From the NCBI GenBank assembly GCA_965207075.1, contig CBDBLO010000002.1:1376001-1440000 (forward strand): a DNA stretch of 64,000 bases, given 5' to 3'. The stretch comes from Nitrosopumilus sp. (GTDB lineage Archaea > Thermoproteota > Nitrososphaeria > Nitrososphaerales > Nitrosopumilaceae). The position numbers and the translations under genes were made by a program. Under the pieces are notes generated by a model. It was not told the DNA's origin and did no database searches. It was given only the letters and a program-made list of their open reading frames with translations. Numbering within the stretch: position 1 is the first letter of the stretch; the number at the start of each line of letters is the position of its first letter. Shown piece by piece: positions 39,678 through 50,064 of the stretch.

Positions 39678-42086
39678 TTGATACGCCCAGGACGCGACAG
39701 GCATGGGATTGCAGCCCGATTCTCTTCAATGTCCGTGCTTTTAGCCCTGCCGCTTTTGCTTGTTATCGCGCCTATTCCGGCCACCACCGGCGACTCCGTG
39801 GACCACGCCCACTTCTGGACGCAGGCGCATGCCGCAGACGATGCGCCCTCTGCAGCCGCGGGGCCCGACCTGGCCGGTGCCGGCAGCGGTGCGACCATGC
39901 AGCCAACACCTGCCGCGTTTTACCCGATAGATGCCGGACTCGACGTCGCGCATGCGCGGCTTGGCGCGGGGGACTTGGAAGGCGCCGCGCATGCGGCGCA
40001 GTTTGCATCCGAGCAGTTTGCGCTGGGCCTTGAGTCGTTCCGGAGCATAGACCGCGACGCCACGAACCACGTACACGTTACACTGCTTGACATAGGGGCA
40101 ACCATAGGCGACGCCCCGGCCGAGCAGAGTGCCGACGCCGTATCCGAGGCGATAGACGATCTTGGCCGGTTTGGCATGCAAGGTGCGGCCGATCCGCGGG
40201 CGTCAGTCGTCTATATGCTCACCGTCGCCGAGGAGCAGTACCTCGAGGCCGGCGAGGACGCGCAGGAAAACGAGGCCGCATACATGATATCGCAGATCCT
40301 GTTCAGGCAGGCCTCTGAAATGTTTGCGCACGATGCGGACACGACGGTCATGCTCGACCTGGAGCAGCAGTCCTTCTTTCGCGATCTGATCAGGGCCGTA
40401 GACGAAAAGGACAGCTTTGTGACCGTGGGAACGCTCGTCAGCGCGATACAGCGCGACCTGCTTGGGACGGAAACCACAGAGGCGCGCGACCACGCGGCAT
40501 ACTTTGAGAACATACGCAACCTGTACGCGGACATGCGCGTCTCCCTTGGCGAAGGCGACTATGATGCGGCCCAGGAGCACGCCATAGAGGCATACCTGGA
40601 GAACTTTGAATATCTCGAACCCACCCTGGAGGCCGCCGACGCCGAGTTCATGTATGCGCTCGAGATAGAGATGCGCGAGGACCTCCGCGACATGATACGA
40701 GAGGAGGAGCCTGCAGGGGACATACTGGAATTCCTCGACGGCACGATACTGCCAAAGCTGGAACAGGGCGAGTCCATCGCCATCGAGTATCTGGGAGAGC
40801 AGTCCGCCGCGGCCCAGTCCGGAATCGCGCTGGCGGACACGGGCATGGAACTAAGGGCGATGGGGGACACTACGGAGTCCGAGCAGTCCGAGGTCAGAAC
40901 CGAGATCGACTTTATCAGGGACAGCCTGCAGGACATGATGATACTCTACGAGTCGGGCGACTACGAGTCGGCATACGCGACAGCCCGCACGGCATACCTT
41001 GACAGCTACGAGTACGTCGAGATACCGCTCCGGCCCATCGCCCCGGACTTTACGCTGGAGGTGGAGTACCTGTTTGCAGAGCTGCGCAGCTCCATAAAGA
41101 AGGAGGCGCCCGTCCACGAGGTGCGCTCTCTTGTCGCGCAGATAGACCGCAACCTCGACGAGTCAGAAAGGCTCGTGACGGGAACGGGGCAGGTCGCCCC
41201 GCTGATTGCGTTCTCCGCGTCGTTTGCCATAATATTCCGCGAGGGGCTGGAGGCGGTCCTGATACTGGGCGCCATAATGACATATCTGGAGGCGTCGCGC
41301 AACAAACGCTTCAAGATTTATGTCCACTACGGCGTGGTCGCCGCAATCGGCGCGACCGCGGCCACGTGGTTTGTGGCGTCGTATGTGATAGAGATATCGG
41401 GGGCCAGTCGTGAGCTGATAGAGGCCATTGCGGCGCTGTCGGCCACCGCGGTGCTGTTCTATGTCAGCTTCTGGATACTCAACAAGATAGAGCACAAAAA
41501 ATGGATGGAGTTTGTAAAGGCAAAGGTCTGGCAGGCCACCACCACGGGCAGCGTGATGGTATTCGTAATGCTCTCCTTCTTCACCGTGTACAGGGAGGGC
41601 TTTGAGACGGTGCTGTTCTACCAGGCGATGTTCGGCTTTGCCAAGTATATGGAGATGTACGTCGGGCTCGGGTTCGTCCTGGGCATCGGATCCCTTCTTG
41701 CCATATACTTTGTAATGAGGATGATGGGCAAGCGGCTCCCGCTGCGCGTGCTGTTCGGGCTTACGATGGGAATAGGCGCGTACCTCTCAATCGCCTTTTT
41801 GGGAAACGCGATAAGGGAGCTGCAGGTGCTCGACATCGTGCCATATACGAGCATGATTGGCACAATACCGCGCCTCGACATCAACATGGCCACGATGACG
41901 GGCATATACCCGACCCTTGAGACGGTGATAGGGCAGATCGTTCTGCTCGGCGTATACATGGTCGCATCCGCATACATACTGATAGTCAGGCCCAGGAGGG
42001 AGAGGGCGATTGCGGCCATGAGGCAGTCGAGAAAAAGTGCAAAGGGTGCTGGCGGCTCACAGGCGGGCGCCGGTGGCGGGGCCTGA
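39678..42086 (+). CDS. FTR1-family iron permease with long extracellular N-terminal domain
   Basis: Two RExxE motifs (REGLE, REGFE); about 7 TM; AYLENFEYLE / AYLDSYEYVE repeats. Start uncertain. Confidence 0.92.
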   Translation: MIRPGRDRHGIAARFSSMSVLLALPLLLVIAPIPATTGDSVDHAHFWTQAHAADDAPSAAAGPDLAGAGSGATMQPTPAAFYPIDAGLDVAHARLGAGDLEGAAHAAQFASEQFALGLESFRSIDRDATNHVHVTLLDIGATIGDAPAEQSADAVSEAIDDLGRFGMQGAADPRASVVYMLTVAEEQYLEAGEDAQENEAAYMISQILFRQASEMFAHDADTTVMLDLEQQSFFRDLIRAVDEKDSFVTVGTLVSAIQRDLLGTETTEARDHAAYFENIRNLYADMRVSLGEGDYDAAQEHAIEAYLENFEYLEPTLEAADAEFMYALEIEMREDLRDMIREEEPAGDILEFLDGTILPKLEQGESIAIEYLGEQSAAAQSGIALADTGMELRAMGDTTESEQSEVRTEIDFIRDSLQDMMILYESGDYESAYATARTAYLDSYEYVEIPLRPIAPDFTLEVEYLFAELRSSIKKEAPVHEVRSLVAQIDRNLDESERLVTGTGQVAPLIAFSASFAIIFREGLEAVLILGAIMTYLEASRNKRFKIYVHYGVVAAIGATAATWFVASYVIEISGASRELIEAIAALSATAVLFYVSFWILNKIEHKKWMEFVKAKVWQATTTGSVMVFVMLSFFTVYREGFETVLFYQAMFGFAKYMEMYVGLGFVLGIGSLLAIYFVMRMMGKRLPLRVLFGLTMGIGAYLSIAFLGNAIRELQVLDIVPYTSMIGTIPRLDINMATMTGIYPTLETVIGQIVLLGVYMVASAYILIVRPRRERAIAAMRQSRKSAKGAGGSQAGAGGGA

Positions 42087-42434
42087 TCGGCGGGCGGATA
42101 GCGGAAGGGCCGGTATCACGTCATGTCCCACACGCGCTGCCGCCACTGGCAACAACGCGCCCAAGCCACCAAGCCACCCCGACGTCACGCGTATAGGTAC
42201 GCGCGCCTTCCATGCTAGAATGTCACGCATATGGCAGGAAGACAGGCCTTTTGGATATCCATGAGCCAAGCAGACGGGGCTTGTAGACGCCTGATCAAAC
42301 CATCTTGTGCTCCGGGTACGGCGTCAGATGTAATCAGGGTATAGCGCCATAAACCAAGATCATAAACCACGTTATCGCAACATAACCATAAGACACTCAC
42401 CACCTTTAAGAAACAATTATAGATTTGACAGAAC

Positions 42435-42749
42435 ATGAGTGGCGAAGAGACACATCTTTGGGTCATGGTCAGCAACATGGATCAGGACGCAAAGGCCGAT
42501 GAGGTCCCAACCATCATATCCAGAATTACGTCGCTTGTGGACGACTGGCACTCCAAGGGCAGAATAATGCTGTCAGGCCCGTTTGACAACAAAACGTCGT
42601 CTATGACAGTCGTTGCGGCAAGCACAAAAGAAGCGCAGGAGCTGTTTCAACAGTGGAAAGACATCTGCTCTGGATTCCTTGTATCTGAGATGTACAGGTG
42701 GGACGCGATGCCAATTCTCTCCGTTATGGCAAGGCAGGATCTGCATTAG
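42435..42749 (+). CDS. YciI-like / dimeric alpha-beta barrel protein
   Basis: GRIMLSGPF…SSMTVVAASTKEA pattern. Confidence 0.55.
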   Translation: MSGEETHLWVMVSNMDQDAKADEVPTIISRITSLVDDWHSKGRIMLSGPFDNKTSSMTVVAASTKEAQELFQQWKDICSGFLVSEMYRWDAMPILSVMARQDLH

Positions 42750-43384
42750 CCAATGCGGCAAGAACTGGCAATTCCAACTTTTTTACTCGGTCACGTCTAT
42801 TGGGCATTCCCTGACGGATTCAGTCTCAGGCGCATTTTGCGATTTCTGCAGGACGGCCAAGTCACATAGAGATGCGCAGGGGTCAGGAATCCGTTTCTTG
42901 TTGCCGGCACTCGAAAATACGTCAACAATCTCTCTTGCAGCATATTCCTTGTTCCTTTTTTTTTTGGTGCCGACCGGCTCACGTCACCTCGCCGCCACGG
43001 TTGCGCTCAGACCGTCCGCGTGGATTGGGAAATTATGGCGCGCTCGATCATCTCACCATTATGGAATCTTAGCTCTCCCGATAAGACGGCCGGGTAGGCG
43101 GGGTCGGGGTGGGGGGGGGAGAAGGGAATGCGAACCGGCGATCCCTTTCGGATCCACGCCGGACTCCGGTGGGGGGTGGCCAACAGGCCGAAATTGGAAA
43201 GACGTCACGACCGCAATGCGGACTGTTGCAAGGATGACATGAATCACACCGGTGCGGCAGCGGCGGCCCGGCAGTCCCTGCATGCCGGCCCCGCGGCCCC
43301 TCCTGCGGCGCCCCTGCCCCACTCAGATCAGCACATGCGTGGCGAGGATCTGCATGCCGCAGGGCGCGTCCCCGATCGGTATGA

Positions 43385-43609
43385 TTAGTCGCCTGCGCCT
43401 AGGATCTCAGAGGTCCTCAGCTCCTTGACCCTTCCGACGAGGCCGTCTTCCAGCCTGACTTTGATGCCATGGGGGTGGGATCTTGAGGACGTCAGGATCT
43501 CCCTTACCGTACCCCCCGTCAGCCGGCCGGTGCCCCGGTCGGCCTTTGTCTCTATTCCCACCTTGCATCCTTTGCGTATCTGATCCCTGATGGGGAGAGG
43601 GCCGGCCAT
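43385..43609 (-). CDS. YwbE (DUF2196) family protein
   Basis: K.D..TG.LT.G.V.EILT.S..HPHGIKVRL.DG.VGRV. Confidence 0.88.
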   Translation of the reverse strand: MAGPLPIRDQIRKGCKVGIETKADRGTGRLTGGTVREILTSSRSHPHGIKVRLEDGLVGRVKELRTSEILGAGD

Positions 43610-43949
43610 GCGCGCACGGGGGCGCCCGGCGATTTAAAGTGGTCGAACCGGGGGCCTGACAGTATTGGATGAGTTTGCGCCTCTGAATTTTCCCCCAAAG
43701 CGGCGTTCGGCCCTTCCTACCGCATGGGTGCTGGCAACCAAACGCGGCGGCGGTTCGGAAAAGGCGGACGCAGAGCGGACGACATGCCGGTTGCGGCAGA
43801 GGGGGGGGGAGACGAGGCGCCCGTCAGCTGAAAAAAAAGAATCCAAGCGGCAGGGAATAGCAGGCTGTCGGCCCCTCTGGCTCGAGATCCCCCCGGAACC
43901 GGTGGCGCATACGGCGCAAAACTGCAAGTTACGCATACGGCGCCCCGCG

Positions 43950-44873
43950 TCACAGAGCGATCTTGCAGATCTCTATCCACCCGTTCCGCTCGCCAAATAC
44001 CGCGTTGCACCCAGTTCTCCTCGCCTCCATCGATCTCATGTCGTGGCGCGACAGGACGGTACCGCCCAGTCCAGCCGCGCGAGCCTCGACATCGCCGGGG
44101 CCATATCTAGTCGTAAAGGCCCACAGCGAGTCTTCGGCCGTCAGGCCGGGCGGGTGGTGCGGCATCGGAAACGCGGCCAACGGTATGACCGATTCGTACG
44201 CCTCCTTTACTATGAGGTCAAACGGGCGGCTCGCCACCGGCCTGAGATCCTCGGGTATGTCGGAGGTGGGAAGAAGGTATTCCAGGATCATCCTGCTGCC
44301 GCGATGAGCGGTGGGGAATCCCGACGCAAGCCCCCAGAGATCCCCGGCAGTCAGATAATACGACAGCCCCTCCACCACCAGCAGCGACGGCTCGTCCCAG
44401 CTCCACCCGGCCCCGGCCAGTCCAGACATCACGGACGCGCGCTTTGACGCGTCGGCGGTAACGCACCTCAGGGTGCCGCGCAGATCCCGCGCAAGCGGGC
44501 CGACAAGCTGCTCCTTGCGGCCCATGCCTGCAGAGTCGACGTCAAAGACCACGCAGTCGAGCCGCGAACAGAGCTCTATTGACAGGGCGTCCATGCCGGC
44601 CCCTAGTATCACCACCTGCCGCGTGCCGTCGTTTTCAATGCAGTCCAGCGCGAGGTCGAGCACGCACGACTTTCTGTTCCTTATCACCTCCGGATAGTGC
44701 GGCCAGAACTGGTCGCACTCCCTCATGACGCCCTCGCCCAGGCCCAAGTCCAGCATGCTGAGAAACCTCTGGGCCGGAGCGCTTGTATGCGCCCTGCCGT
44801 CGGACCACAGCAGTACCAGCGCCGAGGTAGAGGAGAGAAGGTCCACGACGCCGCGCGCGTGCGGGCCGCACAT
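43950..44873 (-). CDS. Class I SAM methyltransferase, LCM (leucine carboxyl methyltransferase-like) family
   Basis: RQVVILGAGMD, FDVD, LLVVEGLSYYL. Start uncertain. Confidence 0.85.
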   Translation of the reverse strand: MCGPHARGVVDLLSSTSALVLLWSDGRAHTSAPAQRFLSMLDLGLGEGVMRECDQFWPHYPEVIRNRKSCVLDLALDCIENDGTRQVVILGAGMDALSIELCSRLDCVVFDVDSAGMGRKEQLVGPLARDLRGTLRCVTADASKRASVMSGLAGAGWSWDEPSLLVVEGLSYYLTAGDLWGLASGFPTAHRGSRMILEYLLPTSDIPEDLRPVASRPFDLIVKEAYESVIPLAAFPMPHHPPGLTAEDSLWAFTTRYGPGDVEARAAGLGGTVLSRHDMRSMEARRTGCNAVFGERNGWIEICKIAL

Positions 44874-45173
44874 AAACCGTTGCCGGACTGGCGACGGCGG
44901 CAGTGGCGGCAAAGGAATCCAGAGGTGACTCGAGAAGTGCTGGTGTGCATCTACCACCCCGCAGCTGGCTCCAATGCCCCTTCCAAGACCTCGGCCGGGG
45001 CCTACGTCCGGCCAGGGAACCCGGGCAGGACTGGGAGGGTGCACACAGGCCGACTCCAAGTGAACTCCCGAGCACCGCGCATACCGTAACTACTGGCACG
45101 AAATTTCAGTCGGCACGGACACATACCCGAAAGATAATGAATGTTATTAAGATATTCCGGCAGGGCCACATAG

Positions 45174-47585
45174 ATGGACGCTGATTTGAGGCATGGCAGT
45201 CCCCGATACGCGATGCCGGCCGTGACAGTAGTCGCCGCGGCCGCCTTGGTTCTGGTCGCGGCAGGAGCGCTGCCGCATGTGGCAGAGCAGGCGGCGCATG
45301 CACAAGAGCAGCAGCCCGAGATCAGGACGATTGGCATAATCGTAATCCAAGGCAATCCGGACGTAGCCGAGAGAATGGAGCGCACATTCAAGATCGCACT
45401 GGAGGACTTTAACAAGAAACTGGCCAAAGATGGAAGAGACTGGCGGCTGGCAGCAGAATTTGTCATGATACGGGACGCCAGCGATACGACGGGGGCAATC
45501 AACGGCCTGAATGCAAAGGGGATAAAGGCGGTGGCCGGATTCATAGACGACGCGGGGGTCGCTGACGCGTACGATACCATACATCAGAACAACATGATAG
45601 TAGTCACATCCAGCTCCGGACTGCCAGAGCTTTCCCTGCGCGACAACATATTCAGGACGGCCTCCGCGTACAACAACGTGGCAGACGCGTTCGTAAACGT
45701 AATGCAGCAGGACGGCAAGACCGAGATCATCAACTTGTTCCTGGACTTTCGGGTGGGGCAGACATTCAACTCGACAATATACAGGATGCTCGAGGACGTG
45801 GACGACATGTCCATGCTGGGCTCTATCAAGTTTGGCAGCAACATAGCAGGCGATGCCGGGAGGATACGGGGCGAGATGATCCAGATACTCCAGAGCACCG
45901 ACAACCACGAGAACGTCGGAATCTTTGTCACCGGGATCCCCTCCAGCGCGGGGGTGCTTGGAATAATGGCAGGCCTTGACACGGGGACCGACTCGGCCAT
46001 AGGCAAGACCACGTTCTACGGAACCGGAACGCTGCAGCCAGGCATCGAAGGCAGCAAAAGGGTGCTGCAGTTCATGGAAAAGACCGGCTACAGGGGAATC
46101 GAGACGGGCATACACGAAAACGAGCTTAACATACGCCTCGACAGCCTGCTGGGCCACGCCCTGGCAGCCCTGACGTACGACGCGTACTCGACAGTCCAGA
46201 TACTTGGAAGGGCCATCGACAGCGCAGGCTCGGCCACTAATACGGCCATCATAAGACAGAACATGGATCAGGCCGCCCGGGACTATTCTCCCGTGTCCGC
46301 GCGCGGCATAGACGCTAACTTCGATGAGTACGGCGACGCTGCAGAGAGGGACGTCCACATATCGGAGATAAGAAACGGCAAATTCGTCATTACGCAAGAG
46401 TATGATCCAGACCACCACGGCATAACTGAGCTCGCCCCGTTCTCGGAGCCGGAGAGGCGGAAGCTTGGCGCAATCGTGTCGGAGACCGGAGAGCTTGCAT
46501 GGGTGATGGAGCCCGCAAGCGCCGCCATAAGCCTCGCCGTGTCTGACTTCAACATAGAACAGTTCAGGGCCGGGACCGACTACAGGATAGACCTGATAAA
46601 GCGCGACGACGGCACCGACCCGTCACGCACCGCACAGCAGGCAAGAGCCCTCGAGGCACTCGGCTCAAACGCGATAGTCGGGCCCGCGTACAGCGGGGGA
46701 GTCGGGAGCATAGCGGCGCTCAGCAGCGGCAACATCATAGCCGTGAGCTATGGGTCGGGCTCGCCCGAGTTCAGCACCCCGGACGACAACATATTCCGCG
46801 TACTGCCAGACAACGTGGCTACCTCAAAGGTATACGCAGAGATAATGGCACAAGACGGAATCGAGAACCTCATAATCGTGCACAGGGACGACGCATGGGG
46901 CAGGATAACCAGCGCGTCCATGTACGACATCGTCGCAGAGCGCACCGACATCACGCGGATTGACGGCGTCGCGTATGCGCCCGGTACCACCGACTATTCT
47001 ACAGTGACGGACCGCCTTGCCGGCGCGCTTGGTGCTGCGGGCGCAGGGGACGCGCCCAGCACGGCAGTGGTGCTATTGGCCTTTGGGGAGGAAAACGACA
47101 TAATCCGGTCCGCCGCATCCGACCCGCGCCTGCAGGAAAGCAGGTGGTACGGGATCAATATCAGGTCGCAGGCCGACAACGCAGGCATCACACCATGGAT
47201 CGAAAGGGCAGGATATACGACGGTGACCACCAAGCATGAGCCCAACGCGCTAAACGCGCGCATAGCTTCCGAGGTTCCGGGCGCAAACATCTATTCATAC
47301 CACGCGTACGACGCGACTCGGCTTCTGATAGAGGTATTGCAAAGGGAGGGCGGCGTGACTGGCAGCGTTCCCCTTGCGCGCGCAGGCAACGCCATCTACC
47401 AGAACACGGTGGAACCCACCGCGCTGGGGGTACCGCTTGTATTCAACGAGAACGGCGATCTGGACGCGGACTCGGTAAACTATAGCATTTATCGCACGAC
47501 GGGAGGAGAGTCAGTACCCTTGTTGGTCTTTGATTCCGCGTCTGAGACGATCAAGTCGGCAACGCCCGTCAGAATATGCAGATAA
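45174..47585 (+). CDS. Secreted tandem-domain LivJ/type I periplasmic-binding-fold substrate-binding protein
   Basis: Signal peptide (…AAHA|Q); two repeats of A..DFN…DNIFR…YDA…F.E.GD; ends VRICR*; no transporter genes adjacent. Confidence 0.85.
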   Translation: MDADLRHGSPRYAMPAVTVVAAAALVLVAAGALPHVAEQAAHAQEQQPEIRTIGIIVIQGNPDVAERMERTFKIALEDFNKKLAKDGRDWRLAAEFVMIRDASDTTGAINGLNAKGIKAVAGFIDDAGVADAYDTIHQNNMIVVTSSSGLPELSLRDNIFRTASAYNNVADAFVNVMQQDGKTEIINLFLDFRVGQTFNSTIYRMLEDVDDMSMLGSIKFGSNIAGDAGRIRGEMIQILQSTDNHENVGIFVTGIPSSAGVLGIMAGLDTGTDSAIGKTTFYGTGTLQPGIEGSKRVLQFMEKTGYRGIETGIHENELNIRLDSLLGHALAALTYDAYSTVQILGRAIDSAGSATNTAIIRQNMDQAARDYSPVSARGIDANFDEYGDAAERDVHISEIRNGKFVITQEYDPDHHGITELAPFSEPERRKLGAIVSETGELAWVMEPASAAISLAVSDFNIEQFRAGTDYRIDLIKRDDGTDPSRTAQQARALEALGSNAIVGPAYSGGVGSIAALSSGNIIAVSYGSGSPEFSTPDDNIFRVLPDNVATSKVYAEIMAQDGIENLIIVHRDDAWGRITSASMYDIVAERTDITRIDGVAYAPGTTDYSTVTDRLAGALGAAGAGDAPSTAVVLLAFGEENDIIRSAASDPRLQESRWYGINIRSQADNAGITPWIERAGYTTVTTKHEPNALNARIASEVPGANIYSYHAYDATRLLIEVLQREGGVTGSVPLARAGNAIYQNTVEPTALGVPLVFNENGDLDADSVNYSIYRTTGGESVPLLVFDSASETIKSATPVRICR

Positions 47586-47696
47586 CTCTGCCGCTCTTCG
47601 AAGAGTACAGAATGGCAATGGGCAACCACCCGCACATCATAGGCCGTGTTCTGTCACATGCGAAGCGGTTAAAAGCACACTTGGTGACCCAGCGTT

Positions 47697-47897
47697 ATGC
47701 AGATCCAAACGACTCGGAGTAACTGGTGGTTCCTGTTGCCGATATTCCTGAATATAGTTGGAGGAATAATCGCATACTTTGTGCTGCGGCACGACGATCC
47801 GCAAAAGGCCAGGAACTGCCTTATGCTTGGTGCAGTATTGCTTGCAATACCGATAGTATTAGGTTTCGGATTGGACGCGCTGCCGGCAGCAGACTAG
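47697..47897 (+). CDS. Small two-TM protein, paralog 1
   Basis: RSNWWFLLPI…GGIIAYFVLRHDDPQKARNCL. Confidence 0.75.
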   Translation: MQIQTTRSNWWFLLPIFLNIVGGIIAYFVLRHDDPQKARNCLMLGAVLLAIPIVLGFGLDALPAAD

Positions 47898-48195
47898 TAC
47901 GCGCACTACGAAGGACGTAATTTTTTATTTACTTATCAGGCCGCATACGGCCGCGAACCGACGGCCTCAGGACACCGACGTGCACCGAATCCCAGCACAA
48001 GGCCAAAGCGGGCCATCGACAGTAGCCGCTAGCCAACCTACCGCACGGCGCGCTGTTGGCGGACGGGCGTATGCACGTTAAGTTCCGAAGTGGTATGCAG
48101 GGGATCCGCGCGAAGATGAGATCAAAACTGTTCCCGCAGAGTACCGGTCCGTGGCGTTCTCCAACGGTTATAAGCAGACCCGCCAATCCAGAATC

Positions 48196-48381
48196 ATGTA
48201 CAACGAGAAAAGACGGAGCAATTGGTGGTTTCTGCTCCCCATACTACTCACCATAGTGGGCGGAATAATCGCATATTTTGTGCTGCGGCACGACGATCCG
48301 CAAAAGGCCAGGAACTGCCTCATGCTGGGCGCCGTACTGCTTGTGATACACATAGCCCTTGCATATGTGCTGCCAGGGTAG
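48196..48381 (+). CDS. Small two-TM protein, paralog 2
   Basis: MYNEKRRSNWWFLLPI…RHDDPQKARNCL; ATG 48196. Confidence 0.75.
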   Translation: MYNEKRRSNWWFLLPILLTIVGGIIAYFVLRHDDPQKARNCLMLGAVLLVIHIALAYVLPG

Positions 48382-48852
48382 CCGAGGCAGAGGCTCACAG
48401 AGTACGGAAATGCGAACGCGACACATTCGGACAAGACAGATCCGTCAAGGGCCACGAACAAGCAGAACGAGAATCTCAAGCACATCCAACGGCTTCCGGG
48501 CATGACGATGTCAGAATGTCAGTGATGCCAGGGCGAGTCACGGAGGCGCCACAACTCCGCGGCGCAATACTCACTTGTTGGCAGAAAACGGGCCCAATAC
48601 GGCAGCTGGTCTGCGCGATGATCGATGCCAAGGAGATGCGGAACTCGGACCATTTTCCCAAATCCCTGCCAGCCGCGGCCTCGACGGGAGAACAGGCAAA
48701 CAGCTGCATGAGACGCACAATACAGCGCCGCGCCGCGTGGTATCGGCGGCCGTCGCGCATGCGGCAAACGTTGTGGTGGCATGCATGCAAGATCTTACCG
48801 GATGTCCGTTTAAAAATACAGGTTCAGGCCGGGCCTGTTTTCCGGATAAAGC

Positions 48853-49257
48853 GTGATGTCACACGCACAATCGCAACGAGGCACCCGAACAAGTGCAAAA
48901 AACAACGCACAAATAGACTGCGTTGCGCTCACATGCATGGCGTCTCCGTGTGGAGATGGATACAGCCTCATAGGCGACATCTGCATGCCCACCCCGGAAG
49001 GATACGTAGAAACCAGGTCCGAATGCGAGATGGGGGTCGACAGTATGGAAGCTGCCGGCGTCGAACAGGACTATCAAGCGGAGCTTGCAAAGTGCAGGGA
49101 AGAAGCAGCAGCAGCGGCCGAATTATCACCATCACATCCAGCAGACGCCAACCAATCTGGCGCGGAAGCCGCTCCCGACGCGTCCACAATTGAAGGATTC
49201 TTTTCATGGCTACTCTCCGAGATTGCAGAGTGGTTCACGTCGATACAGATCATGTGA
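48853..49257 (+). CDS. Cys-rich hypothetical protein with amphipathic C-terminus
   Basis: C..PCGDGYSLIGDIC…C…C; ends FFSWLLSEIAEWF; no clear signal peptide. Confidence 0.45.
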   Translation: MMSHAQSQRGTRTSAKNNAQIDCVALTCMASPCGDGYSLIGDICMPTPEGYVETRSECEMGVDSMEAAGVEQDYQAELAKCREEAAAAAELSPSHPADANQSGAEAAPDASTIEGFFSWLLSEIAEWFTSIQIM

Positions 49258-49571
49258 CCGCGGCACGTGGCGCCCCATCGCATACGTCACGTTGCGCCTC
49301 CGCAAGATTCCAATCTAGGCAAATTCCAGCAGGTTTGACAAACTATTAGACTTCCTTCGCGCGCCTCGTTGGGATACGCCTGCCCGCCGTTTCTATTGCG
49401 CACCATAAGAAGAACAGGCATGGCACCACGTAGCAAGCCGCAGTTCTTGTTTCAATGTTTCGGAATATAGGCGGCAAAGTACTTACAGCACGTACCGCGA
49501 GCGCATACAGATGCAACCGATTGAGGCGTCGACAGAAATAACTACTTAAGCAACCACACACCACATACAAC

Positions 49572-49862
49572 ATGATACTTAGCAGCAGCGGAAAGACAAT
49601 CCGCAGTAGATGGTGGTTCCTGCTGCCTGTGATGCTCCAACTGCTGGGCGGCATCATAGCATACTTTGCTCTGAGGCAAGACGATCCGGCAAAGGCCAAA
49701 AACTGCCTGTTGCTAGGCTCCACACTCACCGCGCTGTGGATTGCCGCGATTGTCGTACCCATCGCGCTGCTCATTGCATTTGGAACACCGATTCAGGACG
49801 AACACGCATGGATGCTCCCGCCAGAGGAGTTTTCGATAATCAACCTCAACCACGAGACATAA
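49572..49862 (+). CDS. Small membrane protein, paralog 3
   Basis: RSRWWFLLPV…GGIIAYFALRQDDPAKAKNCL. Confidence 0.75.
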   Translation: MILSSSGKTIRSRWWFLLPVMLQLLGGIIAYFALRQDDPAKAKNCLLLGSTLTALWIAAIVVPIALLIAFGTPIQDEHAWMLPPEEFSIINLNHET

Positions 49863-49892
49863 TCAGGACCCGCCAGATGCAGGCAGCATATA

Positions 49893-49920
49893 AAGTTTCT
49901 AAATTCGAATTTAGAAATAT
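49893..49920. promoter_or_regulatory. 28-bp palindrome, copy 1
   Basis: AAGTTTCTAAA-TTCGAA-TTTAGAAATAT; central 22 bp perfectly palindromic. Confidence 0.65.
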
Positions 49921-50064
49921 TGGAAAAATGGGAGCGGCGGCATGCAAGCAGTGCAGCGCCGCACAACGCCACCAAAATCACCACGGACCCCCGCAGAGCA
50001 CGCGGTACGATCATCTGCAGCATGCTTGGCATATATTGCATCGTGGCACCAGATCCCGCATACC

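Noticed and set aside
42780-43380. Possible pseudogene or ncRNA in a long spacer
   Set aside because: No recognisable protein or RNA family motif.
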